Source: Hydrolagus colliei (Eukaryota). Taken from it: a stretch of 64,000 nt of DNA. Of the stretch, positions 23,702 through 37,494 are shown one piece after another. The stretch is from the NCBI GenBank assembly GCA_035084275.1, contig CM068757.1, positions 558,001 through 622,000 on the forward strand, in the 5' to 3' direction. Position 1 is the first letter of the stretch; each line of letters starts with the position of its first letter. Below the pieces are notes generated by a model. The model had not been told where the DNA came from. It was given only the letters and a program-made list of their open reading frames with translations, and did not search any database. The position numbers and the translations under genes are program-made.

Positions 23702-24770
23702 CTGGAACATAAGAAGAAAATAACTCAATATGGTTTAAAATGAATATTGATTTTCTGCACAAGGAAAGAGGCTTGTGATTCCAGAAGTAAAATTTGGAGG
23801 ATTAATCATGAGTTTTGAGGGCACAGGGGATGGCAATACTAATTCAAACTGATTCAAACTGTAGATTGCAGATACAGTATATCTAAATATCACTCACAAA
23901 TCCATAACTTGTCTTCCCTAGTAACTGAATCATCTGAGGTTCAGGTCATTGGTTCCTAAAATGAGAAGTGTGAAATAGATGTCCTTGTGCATTGAAGTAA
24001 ACGGTGGTTAAACTAGCTCCAAAGTGTCCAGTTATGTTGCTTCCCCTATAGTAAACTGAGACCGACAGCAAGCAGACAGACAGTTTTAATTGACACAATA
24101 CTATTCAACAAATCTGCACTGTTGGACTCTCACCTCATACAACTGGCAATCTTACAGGAAGACTTTCTACTTTATATAACATGAGGATTCTCAGTCCAGT
24201 GCTCAAGACTGACAGTAGGAAGATTATTAGTAAATATCAAATATAAAAAATACTCTATGACAAACCCTTAGGGATAATTCTATTATGACAGACTTTGAGG
24301 CAGAAGGATGTTTTACTGCTGATGCTAACAATGAATAATCATTATCTAATGCTTGAAAACACTGACCAGAACTGAGGAAAAAACATTGCTTTTGATTCCG
24401 CATCAGAGAATGTAATTGCCGATTGTATCATAGGCTTCCTTTAAACAATGTTTTCTGACATATTTGACTTATACTCAATAGGTAAGGATAGAAATTCCAA
24501 CCAAAGTGAGGAAAGAACATTATGAGGACTAACAGCAACAGATCATAATTTGATTAAGTTACCTGGTCCTCTGCTGTGTTATTTCTCGATCCTATTAAGC
24601 ACAAGCTTTCCACACCTTTAGCAAAATTCTCAAGATGAAAGCTCAATAAAATTAGCTCTAATACAATTCTTGCTCATTACGAGTATGTAAGAATGACATT
24701 TGTCTATTTTAAGGTATACAACAAAATATTTTCCAGTACTAGAGTAGTTTATTGTGTATCAGAAACATAC

Positions 24771-24875
24771 CATAACGATTTCTCCAAGGTACTCAAAAGT
24801 GCAGTGCACAATGCAACCGTATTGAATAGTAAAGCCTGCTAACCCCAGGACTCTTCTAAATAATCTTGTTAACAT
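24771..24875 (-). CDS. IMMP1L: IMMP1L first coding exon (105 bp of CDS; exon starts at 24907)
   Basis: ATG at 24875; MLTRLFRRVLGLAGFTIQYGCIVHCTFEYLGEIVM|gtatgt; acceptor ttccag ends at 24908. Joined CDS is 507 nt = 168 aa, mitochondrial inner membrane peptidase subunit 1. Confidence 0.96.
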
Positions 24876-25054
24876 GACAGGTCCACTCTGCATAAATTGT
24901 CCAATTCCTGGAATCCAAAATAAAAAGATAATGTATTATCAAATGCTCAGAAATAGTTTTTATCAATATCACATTTATTTTATCAATTTGAAACTGAATG
25001 TCTCAAATATTTATATCAACCAATACAACAGTATCAGAAAATTCATTAAAACTA

Positions 25055-25335
25055 TAATAATAAGCCTAGCATTTGATATCGCGCCTTAATGCATCTCAAA
25101 GAATCTACTGTGTATTTTATGGTTTGCTATGCAAGAGCGAATTGGTGCAGTGAATAGCTAAGCCATGTAACTCTGAAGGCCCAGGTTTGATCCTGTCTAT
25201 GCTGAGTAGCTGATCTAAGATAAGTGTCATTAATAATAATCCTTGCATTTGATGCAGCGCTTTTCACATCTTATCGACGTCTCAAAGCGCTTCACAGAAT
25301 ATACTGTAAAGTGAATTGACTGTATATTTGTGGGA
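25055..25335 (-). mobile_element. Two SINE tail fragments (25055-25100, 25230-25335) with a short plus-strand AmnSINE2-like piece between them (about 25170-25220)
   Basis: Family tail motifs; CCAGGTTTGATCCTGTCTATGCTGAGTAGCTGATCT in between. Confidence 0.7.
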
Positions 25336-28300
25336 TATAGTGGCACTTTCAACTTGCAGCAAAATTGCAGTTTTTAATTTTTTTTCAATGAGGCTTTCAC
25401 AATAATGACAGTACCCAATGATCAGGGAAATTATCTTGATCGATTTTTTCCTGTATTTTGTTTCCAAAAAGGATCATTCCTGACACACCAAAAAATTGAT
25501 GGGGTGGAGTCAATACTGTTGGTCATTCTGTGACAAAGTTGGGGGTGGGCCTCTGAAACAAAGCAACACGGAGAAAAGACCGCAGTGAATGAAGTAGGAC
25601 ACTGCAATGGAAATCATAGTAGGTTCATGTGTGAATGATAGTTAGAATCAATCTGTATGTGTCTGAAATTAGTGTAAATCAGTATTAAGTGAAAGTCTTC
25701 ATAATAAAATTGGTTTAATCAGGAAGCTGTGAGTGTCAAAGGAGTTTGTCTCTTCAAATAGTCAGTATTTACACACTGAAGATCTAAGGTCCGAGAAAAA
25801 AAAGCTAATGTCATGTGAGTACTATGATTTGGGGAAATAAGGGAACAATCTGAACACAAGCATGCACGTTCTGAGAATCAGTTGGGGTAAGTCATATTGC
25901 TAGATTGTCTTGGAAAAAGTAAAAGTAACAGAGATTGGTATCAAGAGTATTTAAATAGTGTTAGTGGCTGCAATAGAGCACCATATACAGTATTGCATTT
26001 CTTCATTGACATTAGAATGTGACTAGTAATTATTAATACAGCAGCTACACAATAATACCACTTAGCAATATGATACGAATGGATACTTCCATGAACTTAA
26101 CATTTCCTAGAATTCTTCACTGAAGAAATAAACAGTATTACATAGGGACTAAATTAGTTGGGATTTATGGATTTAGAATTTTCTTTATTTAATGCCACAA
26201 TGTAATTAGAATATTTCCCTCGATGACCAAAATATTATTCAACTGTTTCATGTTTATATCCAAAATCTGTTTAATGAAGAATGAAAATACAAAATGATAC
26301 TCTGAATTGTGCTAACTTAACATAGAAAGATGTACAGTGTGGCTTTCAGTTTATATATTGTAACTAATAAGTTGCAATGGGTTCTTACGCAGCATACATT
26401 CAAATTTAACACTAAAATAGAAATCACTTTGAGCCCCTGACTGAGATCTAAGAGAATAGGAAAGGATTATTTCCCAGTCACTGGCAGCAAGATTGCCAGA
26501 TGGTGCCCAACATTTGAAGGTGCTCCCAATAATCCCATTACATTTCCACTATATCTTACAAACATCAAAAATATCACCAGGCCTTTTCATCTCATGTCTT
26601 TAAAATGACTGGAAGTCACTTTACCTGAAAAAAGTAAAATCCACACGCTTCAGCAACCAGTGGATGCAATGAGAATGGCAAATGTGATCCAATTTCACTG
26701 TGCTGGTGGCCTCTATTCCCTGTCCAATAATACATCTGTTAGAAAATCCTAGAGCTACAAACCAAGTTTAATCCTACTGGGGACCTCATGTTGGTCTTGT
26801 CTTCCAAACAAGCAGCAGGTTCTGGTTGATTCTGCTGCTGATTTCTGTGAGTGTCTGGGGATGCTCTCAAATCCCAGCTCTACTAAGAAGAATAAGCCAA
26901 GGATCACATAGCATGACCCCAAAACCCTGATATGACTATATTCTGACCCAGGGGCATTCATTCTAGGTGAAGATTAGAACTTTGCATAATAAGATTACAC
27001 GGCAAGTGAACGATATCAAGGGACTATCCATATGCACTTGCCTTGTTTTCTATGGCCAGGCTTTGCTTCATACTAAAAGAAGCTTGTTCCTTCTGTTAGA
27101 AATGACAGGGATTCACATAAATTAGTTGATCATTTCAAGCTTTAATATAGCTTCTATTACATCTCTTTTGCTGACAGCTTCTTTGCAGATCTGAACATTA
27201 TTCTTTTATTCTTTCACTTTATCATCCTAATTTTAATTTGCTTGTGCACAGATTTTGCTATAAATTTACACCCAGATTGACTTTACAGGGGATTATAAAG
27301 TGCGCATATTGCAACAAAAAAATTAATAGTATTCTTTTTTAGTCAAAACATCTGAGTTTCGTTATTCATGTGTTTCATTAAAGAAAAGTTCCCATTAATT
27401 CAAAAGACAGTGCCATTTAAAAAATGACTTTCCAAAAGTAAAATTATAATGACATTCATTCTATAATTATGTTTTAAATAATTTTAGTGAATATTAACTG
27501 CAACACTGACTATATCATGAAATTGCTAAATACTATTGAAAGGTGTTCACCAGTATATCAATATATTAGTACAGTATATAAAGAAAATGATGTGTGTGAC
27601 CATTGATCCTAGACTGAAAGAGTCAAGTTAATGTCCAACAGTTGAAAAACAATCCTGGGAAGCATGTGGAGAGCAATGATCACAATTCATAACATATTAT
27701 TGCTCATGCTATATAGATTACCGGGAAGGCTGATTCTAGAACAGTCTGCATTATACCATACCTTAAAGATTTATATTCTCCGCAGCAGTGAGATCTACAG
27801 AAGATCTTAACAGTGACAAGTCAATGGAATTGTTCATCTTTCACAAATTAAAACAAATTAAAATCTTATTGAAACTAAACTTAAAAAATACATTAAAAAC
27901 TAGTTTTAAGTATAAATTCTATGTCTGTTATAAATTGATGGGGTCAGCTTTGTAGGAATTTTTCCAGTTTATCTATAGCTTCTAACTGCACCTGACACCC
28001 ATCATCATTCTAACCGTCCTTATTTATAAATGTGTTATTTCAGATTTCTTTCTACGCCTTGACTCGCTTCTCTAAAAACTACGGCTACCTGAAACATCGT
28101 TTTATTGACAGTTTAATTCAAACATAGTTTTTTTTAACTGTAGATTAGATATGACATTTTTCGCTTTTAAGACTGGAATTATTTTCAAGTTTGATCAAAA
28201 AGCCCATTATCAGAACAATACATGACACCTTACAAAATTGAACAAATAGGCTTCAAAAATCTCAATCCAACGCTTATGTAATTGAACTGTTTTTCTGTCA

Positions 28301-30397
28301 CTGATCAGTTATGACAGGGAAGCTGCTGTTTTCTTCCCTTTTTATTCAACAAACAAAAAAACACCTTTCGTCTCATGCCCATGAATGAGAACAGCAACAT
28401 CCATCCACTTTTAATCCCCAGTCTTCAAAACTCATGAATAAAAATTAATCGTTTCACTCGAACATCCTAAATATGCTGAGCCTATTAGACAAGAACAAAA
28501 GCATATGCACAAAAGAGTTTTAATAATTTTCAAAGGCTGTCAGAATAGCGTTCTCATTTGAATTATAAATTGCAAAATATGCAATGAAGGCTCTGGACTA
28601 CAGTGCAGTTAAGCAGATTACACAAAACCCTGCGTTCAGTATGATAATGTGCTCACGGCCTCCCAGATGGGAGTCTGAAATAAAAAGGCTATCACAGTAA
28701 CAAGGGAAAACTCCTTGTGATCTCTAGTCCCTACACTGCAGATGACAGCCAAATAGTATGTTGATTATTCTGTTTGCGTTGCTTAGCTCATTTAATACAG
28801 GATAAAAGTGATGTGATCCACTGTGGATTCAATAGGTTCTACTGTGTTATTATTCTTAATGTAATTAAACCTCTGATTTCAACTTTACTATACACCATAT
28901 TACTGCACTGAGATTATTTTGGAAGGCACAAGGAGCATTTATATGTGGCATTAGCAACCAGCAAATTTCAGTATGTATAAATCTAACACAGGATAGTGTA
29001 GAAATAACACATCATCAATTACTTGCTGGTAAGCAGATACTTAGATATAACACCAATCTTAAATATACAATCTTTACAATGCTGAAGGAAACATCGCAAG
29101 TTAAACAAGATGACTTACAATAAATTATCTGATTCTAAAGCCAAATCCTGTGCAATCTGATAAAAGAGAGCAGAAGATCATATCATTTAGATGAAATTCC
29201 TTATTGGGTTTTAGCTGAAAACACTCCCACTCCTTTTCCTTTTGTAGCTTTCAGACTACCATCTGCAAAATTATCCAATTTACATTTTAATGCCAAGCTA
29301 TATATACTGCATTTGTTATTTCCCCCCAAACATAATATCCCTTGATCAACTTGCAGTAATGACAATGCAGTTGTTAATCCTCTTGTATTATCACATATTA
29401 AGGACATGGAGAGCATGAACAGTCAGCATCCACATTGACAGCTGCTGTTGGCACAAAAACAAAAAGTAAATAAATATGGAATATCCCCTGAAATAAAATG
29501 ACAAGAGAGCATTCAAAATATATCAGCGTGTGAATTCAAAATGGACAATTATTCCTAACCAATGTAACCATATCTCAGGGTCCAAAGTGGAGTAGACAAG
29601 GTTGTGAATATAAAGGCAGTTTTGAAAGAAAAATAAAATCTGTTAAAGCAGTGCTTCACATAAAATAAGGAAAGTTCATCCTAACAGTTACATCAATGCT
29701 TCCCAACCAGAATTAACTTGCAATTGTTAGCTTTAACAAGCTAAAGTTTAGTAGTGTTCTGAGGAAATTGTGTTTTCCTCTACTCTCAACCTGGTGTTTT
29801 TTTTCTCAACTCTCAACCTGGTAGAAACCAGCTTGCCAAAGTCTCACAGAACTTTTTGTAACACTTCTGCTTAACAACAAAACATATTTATGGGCAATAA
29901 AATATTTCAACAATGGGAGATAAACACTTCAATATACAATGAAGATTTACAGGCAATCAAATGCGTCTTCCATAGGATCACCACAGATCAGAGTCTCATC
30001 TGTTAAGAGTTCACTGGTGATTTCCCTTCATTTTTCCACCACAGACCGAGTGCACACAGAAAAAAAGCTCCATACATCAGAGGTTAGTTACACTTGAAAT
30101 TGCTGTGCACTTCAAACAAGTGTATAGAGACTTAAGTACAGTACAAAATACTTTGCAATAATCTGGAGTCTAGTTGTCACAGCAGATAGCATCTGGCTTT
30201 GATGTGATACACACATTGGTAAGACTCTGAGCTGGGCCAGCATGTCTCCATTCCAACTTTCATGGAGTCAAAACTAGCTCTGTTGTGATAGAAATGTCAG
30301 CATGTCATACAAGGGCTAATGTGTCATTCAATCTTAACGGGGAATTCATAAATGGCATCTACATTGACAAACCCCCAATAAGTTTATTTTGCATCAT

Positions 30398-30422
30398 TAT
30401 ATATATATATATATATATATAT
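30398..30422. repeat. (TA)n microsatellite
   Basis: Read directly from the sequence. Confidence 0.9.
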
Positions 30423-33400
30423 CACATCTGTAAATACATGACATCCACAGCCTCAATGAAATATAATTATATTCTGATATGTCCACCTGAAAAGATTAGT
30501 TGTGTTTTATTTATGGAACATATTTGTAAATGATAACCAGAAACTCCTTCATTACTTTAACACATTGCCCATTTACTGTCCACAGGAACTATGGTCTGTA
30601 CTAATACATTTATTTATTTTATGAATGATTTACATAAAGTTTAAGGTGATAATCATTTGAGATTCCTACAGTTAAGTAATAACATGCTCTTGTAACCACA
30701 CTGCATGTAATAAATTGTTTGGTCACTCCTATCCAATGAAGGTGGAAAGTAGTTCATTCAGAGATATCTGAAAGTGGTGTGGTTGACAGAGCCCTTTGTT
30801 AAAAGCTGCCACTCACACTGTTATCAAGTAATACCTTACAGTCTCAATGACATAGCTTTTTAGAACAAAGGGAGATGGGATCAGTGGAATAGGGGAGGTA
30901 TAAAAGAATCCGAGGAAAATTTTCAGGTTGAATTATAGAAACATAGGTTGGGATGATGGGAGTTCTCCACCATATTGAGAGCTCAAATCCGCGACTCCCT
31001 GGATGCTGGCAAATTACTTAGCTGGTTCCTTCCCTTTGTATTCCTTTTGATCGTGTCCAGATTGCAATACCAAAGCAGAGCTGCTACTGTTAAGACTGTA
31101 GGCAAAATACTAGCTAATTGATTTGTGAGTCAAAAATTATATCAGGAACTTATTCTGCTGATGTTATGGACGATTTTCTAGACTATATTTTGTGTATTGA
31201 GAGTGAGACAGTCAGAAAGAGAGAGAGATACATAATGTACAGGATTTTACCGGATACATCTTTGAACTGAGAAATAACATAACACAGAAATCTCAGGCAC
31301 AATTGAGCTTTAAAATTGAGCACTCAACATTTCTCAGCTATCAACTGTCAAAGGACTTCAAAACACTGTGCAATTCCAGCTCAATTGATCCCAACAGAAT
31401 AAAGATTATTTATTTGAAATCTATATTAAATGTTTTTCCATTCAAATGAGTCAAAAAAACCTGTTCTCAAATTCCCATTAATGTTTGCGTATATGCAATC
31501 GTATTAGATAGACCCTGGGCTATTATAAGCTAATTTCCTACATCCCTTCTACTACATACTGTAATCATATTTTCCTTTGAGGGGAACTTGCCACAGGATT
31601 ATTTAGAGTCTAGCCATTTATCAAGCTCTTTAGCAAAAGCAACAATTGAGTGTGGTAACTATCACACTCACTCAAAGTGCATTTGAGACCAAAAATAACA
31701 GCCATCTACCAACCTACAGCAAACGTGGCTTCTGTATCTTAATCAATTGTATCTTAATTACCTAACTAAGAGTACTTGTGGTTCTACTGTAAGTAAAAAT
31801 GAATGTATAAAATGGGAAGCAGGCCAAATAAACAGATGAATTTACCACAATATTTCAACTGGTAAATATAATGTGACCCAAAGATCATTCTGACCCCCGC
31901 TCCTCAGGCTACCAATATAGCATTGTACAATCAAGCAAAAAGAAAACTTAAAATGCATTTACTTATTAATAATTCATCAATGAACCTCAGCAAATATATT
32001 GCCACTTTATTTTACTCTGTGCCAACTCATTTTTCCATGCTTGAAAAAAGGGTTCTTAGAAAAAGACACCAACATGGCAATAAATTATTTTTCATATTAG
32101 TCTGGTAAATATTATAATTTTAGAGTATAAGGTGAGTTCTATGAACTCTTTCACTTATTCATCTACATTTAATACACTGAATCTACAGAGTAAAAATAGA
32201 AGCAATTATTCTTCCCACATGCTACATTTATTTATATTCTCTCTCACCATGAAAATCACACAGTCTGGGTTCAGAAATAATTTTCAGTTTCTTCCTGAAT
32301 ATCAGGAATAAATGCTGTCATTTTTTCCCCTGGGAATTACCAAAGCTTTCAAGTGTTGTTTACAACATTCAAGGTTCCCTTCAATTTACATCCTCATTTA
32401 TGTCACCCAAAGATATATAGATCAAAATCTTTTGCCCTTCTAAAATGCATCTTGTCATTCCAAAGCACACGTGAATTAAGTCAAAGTCTAAACCACTTTC
32501 AGCCTGAATTTCCAGGATTAAATATTCCTATCAGTTGTTATTAGTCTCCAAAAAACACTGTTTAAAACTGATCCCATTGTGATCAATAGAAAGGTGCGGG
32601 AAATGAAGTCATCTTCTTTGAGATTGTAATCCCCAATCCATGCTGTGAGGAATTTATGAGTAACCCAAGAAGGAAACTACCTTGTTTCGGTGCACAGCAT
32701 GTCACATGAGGGGGTTAGGTCATATGCCCTAGCTAGTCCAGTGACACTACTTAATCCAATTTAGTGAATATAAAACTTTAAATCGGTAGATACAAATTTC
32801 ATCACAAGCAAGGAATAATAAGGAATAGGGAAGGAGGATTTTCAGTATAATATATACTTCTTACCATAGCATATGGAAGAAGATTATGAATACAAATAGC
32901 ATTGTTAACGAGTGTTAGTTTCCATTTAATTAATTATCAATCTTTGTAGTTGACCTGATATAAACCTACCAAATCATATGCACAAGCGAACAGGATAAGA
33001 AATTATACAATATATATTTTTGTATGTGTGCTTTATTAGGCAAATGTACAGTTAAATGATATGTACAATATTTAAGGTTAAAAATAATGTGACTACCAAT
33101 TTTGGTTGGCTACCAATCTGTATATTCTTCATGAACATTTTCCTTGATGATCTCCATTTCCATCAGTACATAGCATTTGCCAGTGATTGTAAAATTCAAA
33201 AAGACTCGAGGAAGTTAACAGCAAGGCCTCAATAGTTTTTTTGTTCAGGCTCAAGTGCCCTTGTATACGATTCAAAACAAGTACTTTAGTTCCAATTTTC
33301 TGGCATTTTTCAAAATCACAAACTATGAATGTGAATGAGATTGTGTGAGCTGCGAAACTATTGCTGCCAGGGTTGTTAACTATCCACCAATGCTGGGATT

Positions 33401-35819
33401 TTAGCTATTTGTTTTCTTTCTGGCCTTCCTATGTAGAAAAATATTCTTTTATTCCTAGCTTCCTTATAGCGTTTATTCAATATCTGAATCCAGCCTTTGC
33501 AATAGTTTCTTTCCAGCTTCTTTGTGCATTTGACAAACCAAGCAGTGACTGAAATTTATCTGGATGGTTAGTAGCTTTCAGGCCCTGGGAACATGGTACA
33601 TCTTTCTCTCTGCTGTTCTTTGTCCCCATTTATAGTCTCTCAAAGATTAACAAGCATGTCACTGCTCCCAAGCATGATCTGTCACACAGACAGAATGCAA
33701 ACATTTCCAAACAAAAGACCTATAACAACAACTGAAACTATTTTCCAACCAAAAAAGACCAGAAATGTTATCACCAGTTTACCATGATTATCTAACTCCT
33801 TGCCACTCAACAGGTCACACTAAATGGTTACGAAATGAAAAGCAGCTATTGATTCAAAGTGTATTTTGATGTAGGTCTAACTGACAACAATCTGATGGAA
33901 CCTTGAAAATTAAAGCCATATTACTAGAAAACAGTATTGTACTGTACAGTGAAATATATGAGCAAAGGATGTACAATACTGTATCTAGAGCCTGAGGCAT
34001 CATTCAGAAGTTGGAGCAAACTTGAACATTTTATGCACTAATTGATGCAGCAATTTGCATTCCTCTTGGATTTGAAGTACAGAACTCTCCTGAATGGAAA
34101 GGTATATCATTCTTTGTTATTATATGCTTTTTTGACATTTCTAACCTCCTAGTTAAAAAATTTGGTTACAAAATCAGTGATTACAAGTGGAACAGTTACA
34201 GAATAAAACTAGTATCAATTATTTTGATAACCCAGGCACACAATACATAAATAAGTTGGAATTGAAGTTAATGATGAGGAAATATACCCGTAGTACTTAA
34301 CACTATCCTGGAGAATTTACATAATTAGCTGCAATGTAGGTTATATTACTGCTTTACTGTGAAAGAAATACAGTATATTATTCACATTACCACACTGACA
34401 GCTTACACATCAGTACGTGGTAATTGGTAATTTAATTTTATTTTAGAAAATTAAGAAAGAGGAAGCATTAATCTAACACTGGCATAGTCCGGGTCTTGAA
34501 GATGGTAACCAATTACCCTATAGCTACCTTATTTCCAGCTTTGGCAATGCTGAGAACAAAGAAATTGTATAAACTGCATGGATAATACTGGGAATCTAAT
34601 ACATTTATAAGCAAAGGACTATACCTCACAATTCATTGAAAAATAGACTGTTATGGGAATTTCCATGTGTAAGCCATATACATTCATGGAAGCCTCAATC
34701 TTCTTTGGATACTTGGACATGGGTTTCTGCATATGTTAAACATTATGAATTTAGTGTTTTCTTCTTGAAAACCAATGATAAATTTAGCAAAAGCGCTCCG
34801 TCTCCCACAATCTGAAAGGTACAGCTCTAATACCCCCAAAACTAATTTAATAAGTATTAAAATGATCTGGGTGTTCCAAAAACAAACTTACAAAGTTTGA
34901 TTAGTACTGTCAATCACTGAATAGTAAACACAGTGAAATGCACAACCATGAACTGTGAAATGTCAAGGAAGTTAATATTGACAAATTATGACAGTCTGCT
35001 AGTTTTGCCTTCATCCAGGTTTGCACAGTGCAAATGTTGGAACATCACTCTCCTGGATTATGTGACACGTTCTGTAACTGACACTTTCAGCACTCACTCC
35101 CTATTTCTGTTAAAATCTGGACGTGTGTGAACAAAACACTGATATTGTCAACCTTCTGTAGGACACATCAATTTATATATGCTAGCAAATGACAGTCAGT
35201 AAGATACAATTTAAATAATCAAGCTTGACAATTATTCTATTCAACTGTAAGTGGCACTGTACTGCACTGGAAGCTACTTATTATCATATCTCTTCTATCT
35301 TAATTTGATCATAAAATTACAAAACTATTTTCTATTTATATCTATACATTCAAGCTTGTTTTCTGTCATAATACAAATTGCTTTGTGTCACATTTTCTAG
35401 ATTTCAGATACTTAACAAGCCTGACATTTAACATAATGTCATTTTTACAGAGTCCAACTACAATAAGGTATAATCACCTAACCGAGGTCTCTGTAATGAA
35501 TTATAACCGTGTCACTAATCATTCTACCCTCTGCTCTATAATTTATAACAGATTAAATCGGTGGTTCACAAACATTTTATTTGTTACTTTCCTCCCTCAG
35601 CAATTCCTTCACTGTTTGATTCATCTTGCACATTATTGCTCTTTGGATAGCACTTGCTGAATTCTACTGCTCCGGGCCTTTAAGTCATTGTTCCAGATAA
35701 TTACAGAATAAAGCAATCTCAATCATTGACTGACTTAATTTCCATTTTAAATCTAATCTTTCCTTTAAATAAAGATAATTATGGACTTCTCCCATTGGCT
35801 CTGCGACTGAAGACCCTGC

Positions 35820-36095
35820 CTCATATGAAACGCAGAGATGGTCCCAGATTCAATTTCCAGTCTGCATGCCGTTAGCTCGGCTTAATCATGGCAGTAGTGA
35901 GACAGAACTACAAATTGATCTCAAAGCCTCCAGGCTGGGAAGGTAGGAAGAGAGAGAATTCTGCTCTGAATGTGTTTTGATATTAGACCACGACAGGTAG
36001 GATTGAGTGTACTCTCCCCTGTTGAATAGCCAGCAACCTTTAATGCCTAGACTCACAGATAAAAACTAATTATTGGACAAAGTACTGGAGAACAG
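35820..36095 (+). mobile_element. Ancient SINE relic, AmnSINE2-like, near full length
   Basis: Colinear blocks GGTCCCAGATTCAAT, GTTAGCT, CTACAAATTGATCTCA, GTTGAATAGCCAGC, CTAGACTCACAGAT, GTACTGGAG. Confidence 0.55.
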
Positions 36096-36302
36096 ACCAC
36101 CTTTGGGGAAAACATTAAAAAATATCCAATCTAGTACTGGGTCCTAACTGGAGATTAGAGAACAACATGTTATTCTTCTTCTACAGGGACTGGAAACCCT
36201 GCCTATATGTCTGTTATTAAATAGGTTTGTGATATTTATCGGATAAATTAACCATTACCAATATTTCATGCAGCCCGAGCTGCCACATTACAGTATTATA
36301 AT

Positions 36303-36580
36303 ATAATAGAAAATTACATTTGTATAGTGCCTTACACGTTGGGAGGATATCCCAAAGGTCTGAAGAGTCAGGGATTAAGACCCAAGTTGGGTGGGGGGAG
36401 GGGGGGGGGGGGGGGGGGGGGGGGGTAGTTGGGATCAGAGAGGGTAGAAAGAGTAGAATGGTGGCCGAAGGCACGGTTGAAGTTCCAGAAGCTGGGGGCA
36501 GAAAAGCTGAAGGCCCGACCACCGATGATGGGGCAGGTCCCGAGGGACATGGAGCAGGCCGGAGACTGCTGAGTGAAGAT
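36303..36580 (-). mobile_element. L2-clade LINE 3' end with a G-tract at 36388-36425
   Basis: Minus strand 'IIGGRAFSFSAPSFWN' (L2 ORF2 end) followed by tail TTGGGATATCCTCCCAACGTGTAAGGCACTATACAAATGTAATTT. Confidence 0.75.
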
Positions 36581-37445
36581 GTCAATAAATTTTGCGTTTA
36601 ATGACCCATTCAGCCAGAGGTTTGGTATAGACAAGAAACCTTATTAAGCATTCATGAATCCTTTTTTCAAAACTACGTATTCATAATGTTGCTTGTAATG
36701 TATGTAGCTATTACAAACCATACACAAATATTCAGAAAATTCATATTTGTAATGAACTTAAAACTAAAATATGCATAATACATTTCAGATTTACCTCCAT
36801 TTGTTGAATTCATTGCTTTTGAGGAGCTCAAAAGGAGACTTGTTTCGGTCTCTTTTTCTGTTCCAATTAATTAATTGCATCTACAATTTCCGAACAAATG
36901 CACACTAAGAATTTTGTATTGCATTTTGGTTGTCAACTACTTTGTTCATTTCCCTCTTACTGCACATAGTCTCTTAACATCTACATCTATGGTTACATTT
37001 TAAATTTGTGCCCCCCAAACCCCCCCAAAAAATATAAGGAATTTCAAAGAGGAATCATAAAGCTCAGTAAGTGACCTCTGGTCATGGTATGATACGATTC
37101 AACACTTTTAAGCAATAACTATTATTATGATCTTAAATAACCTTTCACATACTGTTTAATATTTCAAAAGATTTACTTACTAATTGTGCATCCTTCAATT
37201 GTTTTCAATGTCTTGATGGTTCACTGATTAATAAAAGCAAAATTTAAATAATTATTTTAGATTCAACATTGATTATTCTCGATTTAAGTTACTAGTAACA
37301 ATAATACTCTAACGTAATATCACCTCTCACAACACACAATGGGGACACCTGTGTGGATGTTTTGCTGCCAGCATCATTGTTTATACTGAACACAAATTTA
37401 TTTTGCTCTTGTATTAAGCAACTATTCTACCCCCACTCCTCCTAC

Positions 37446-37494
37446 CCCCCCCCCCCCCCCCCCCACCACCACCACACACACACACACACACACA
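37446..37494. repeat. Poly-C / (CCA)n / (CA)n compound simple repeat
   Basis: Read directly from the sequence. Confidence 0.9.
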
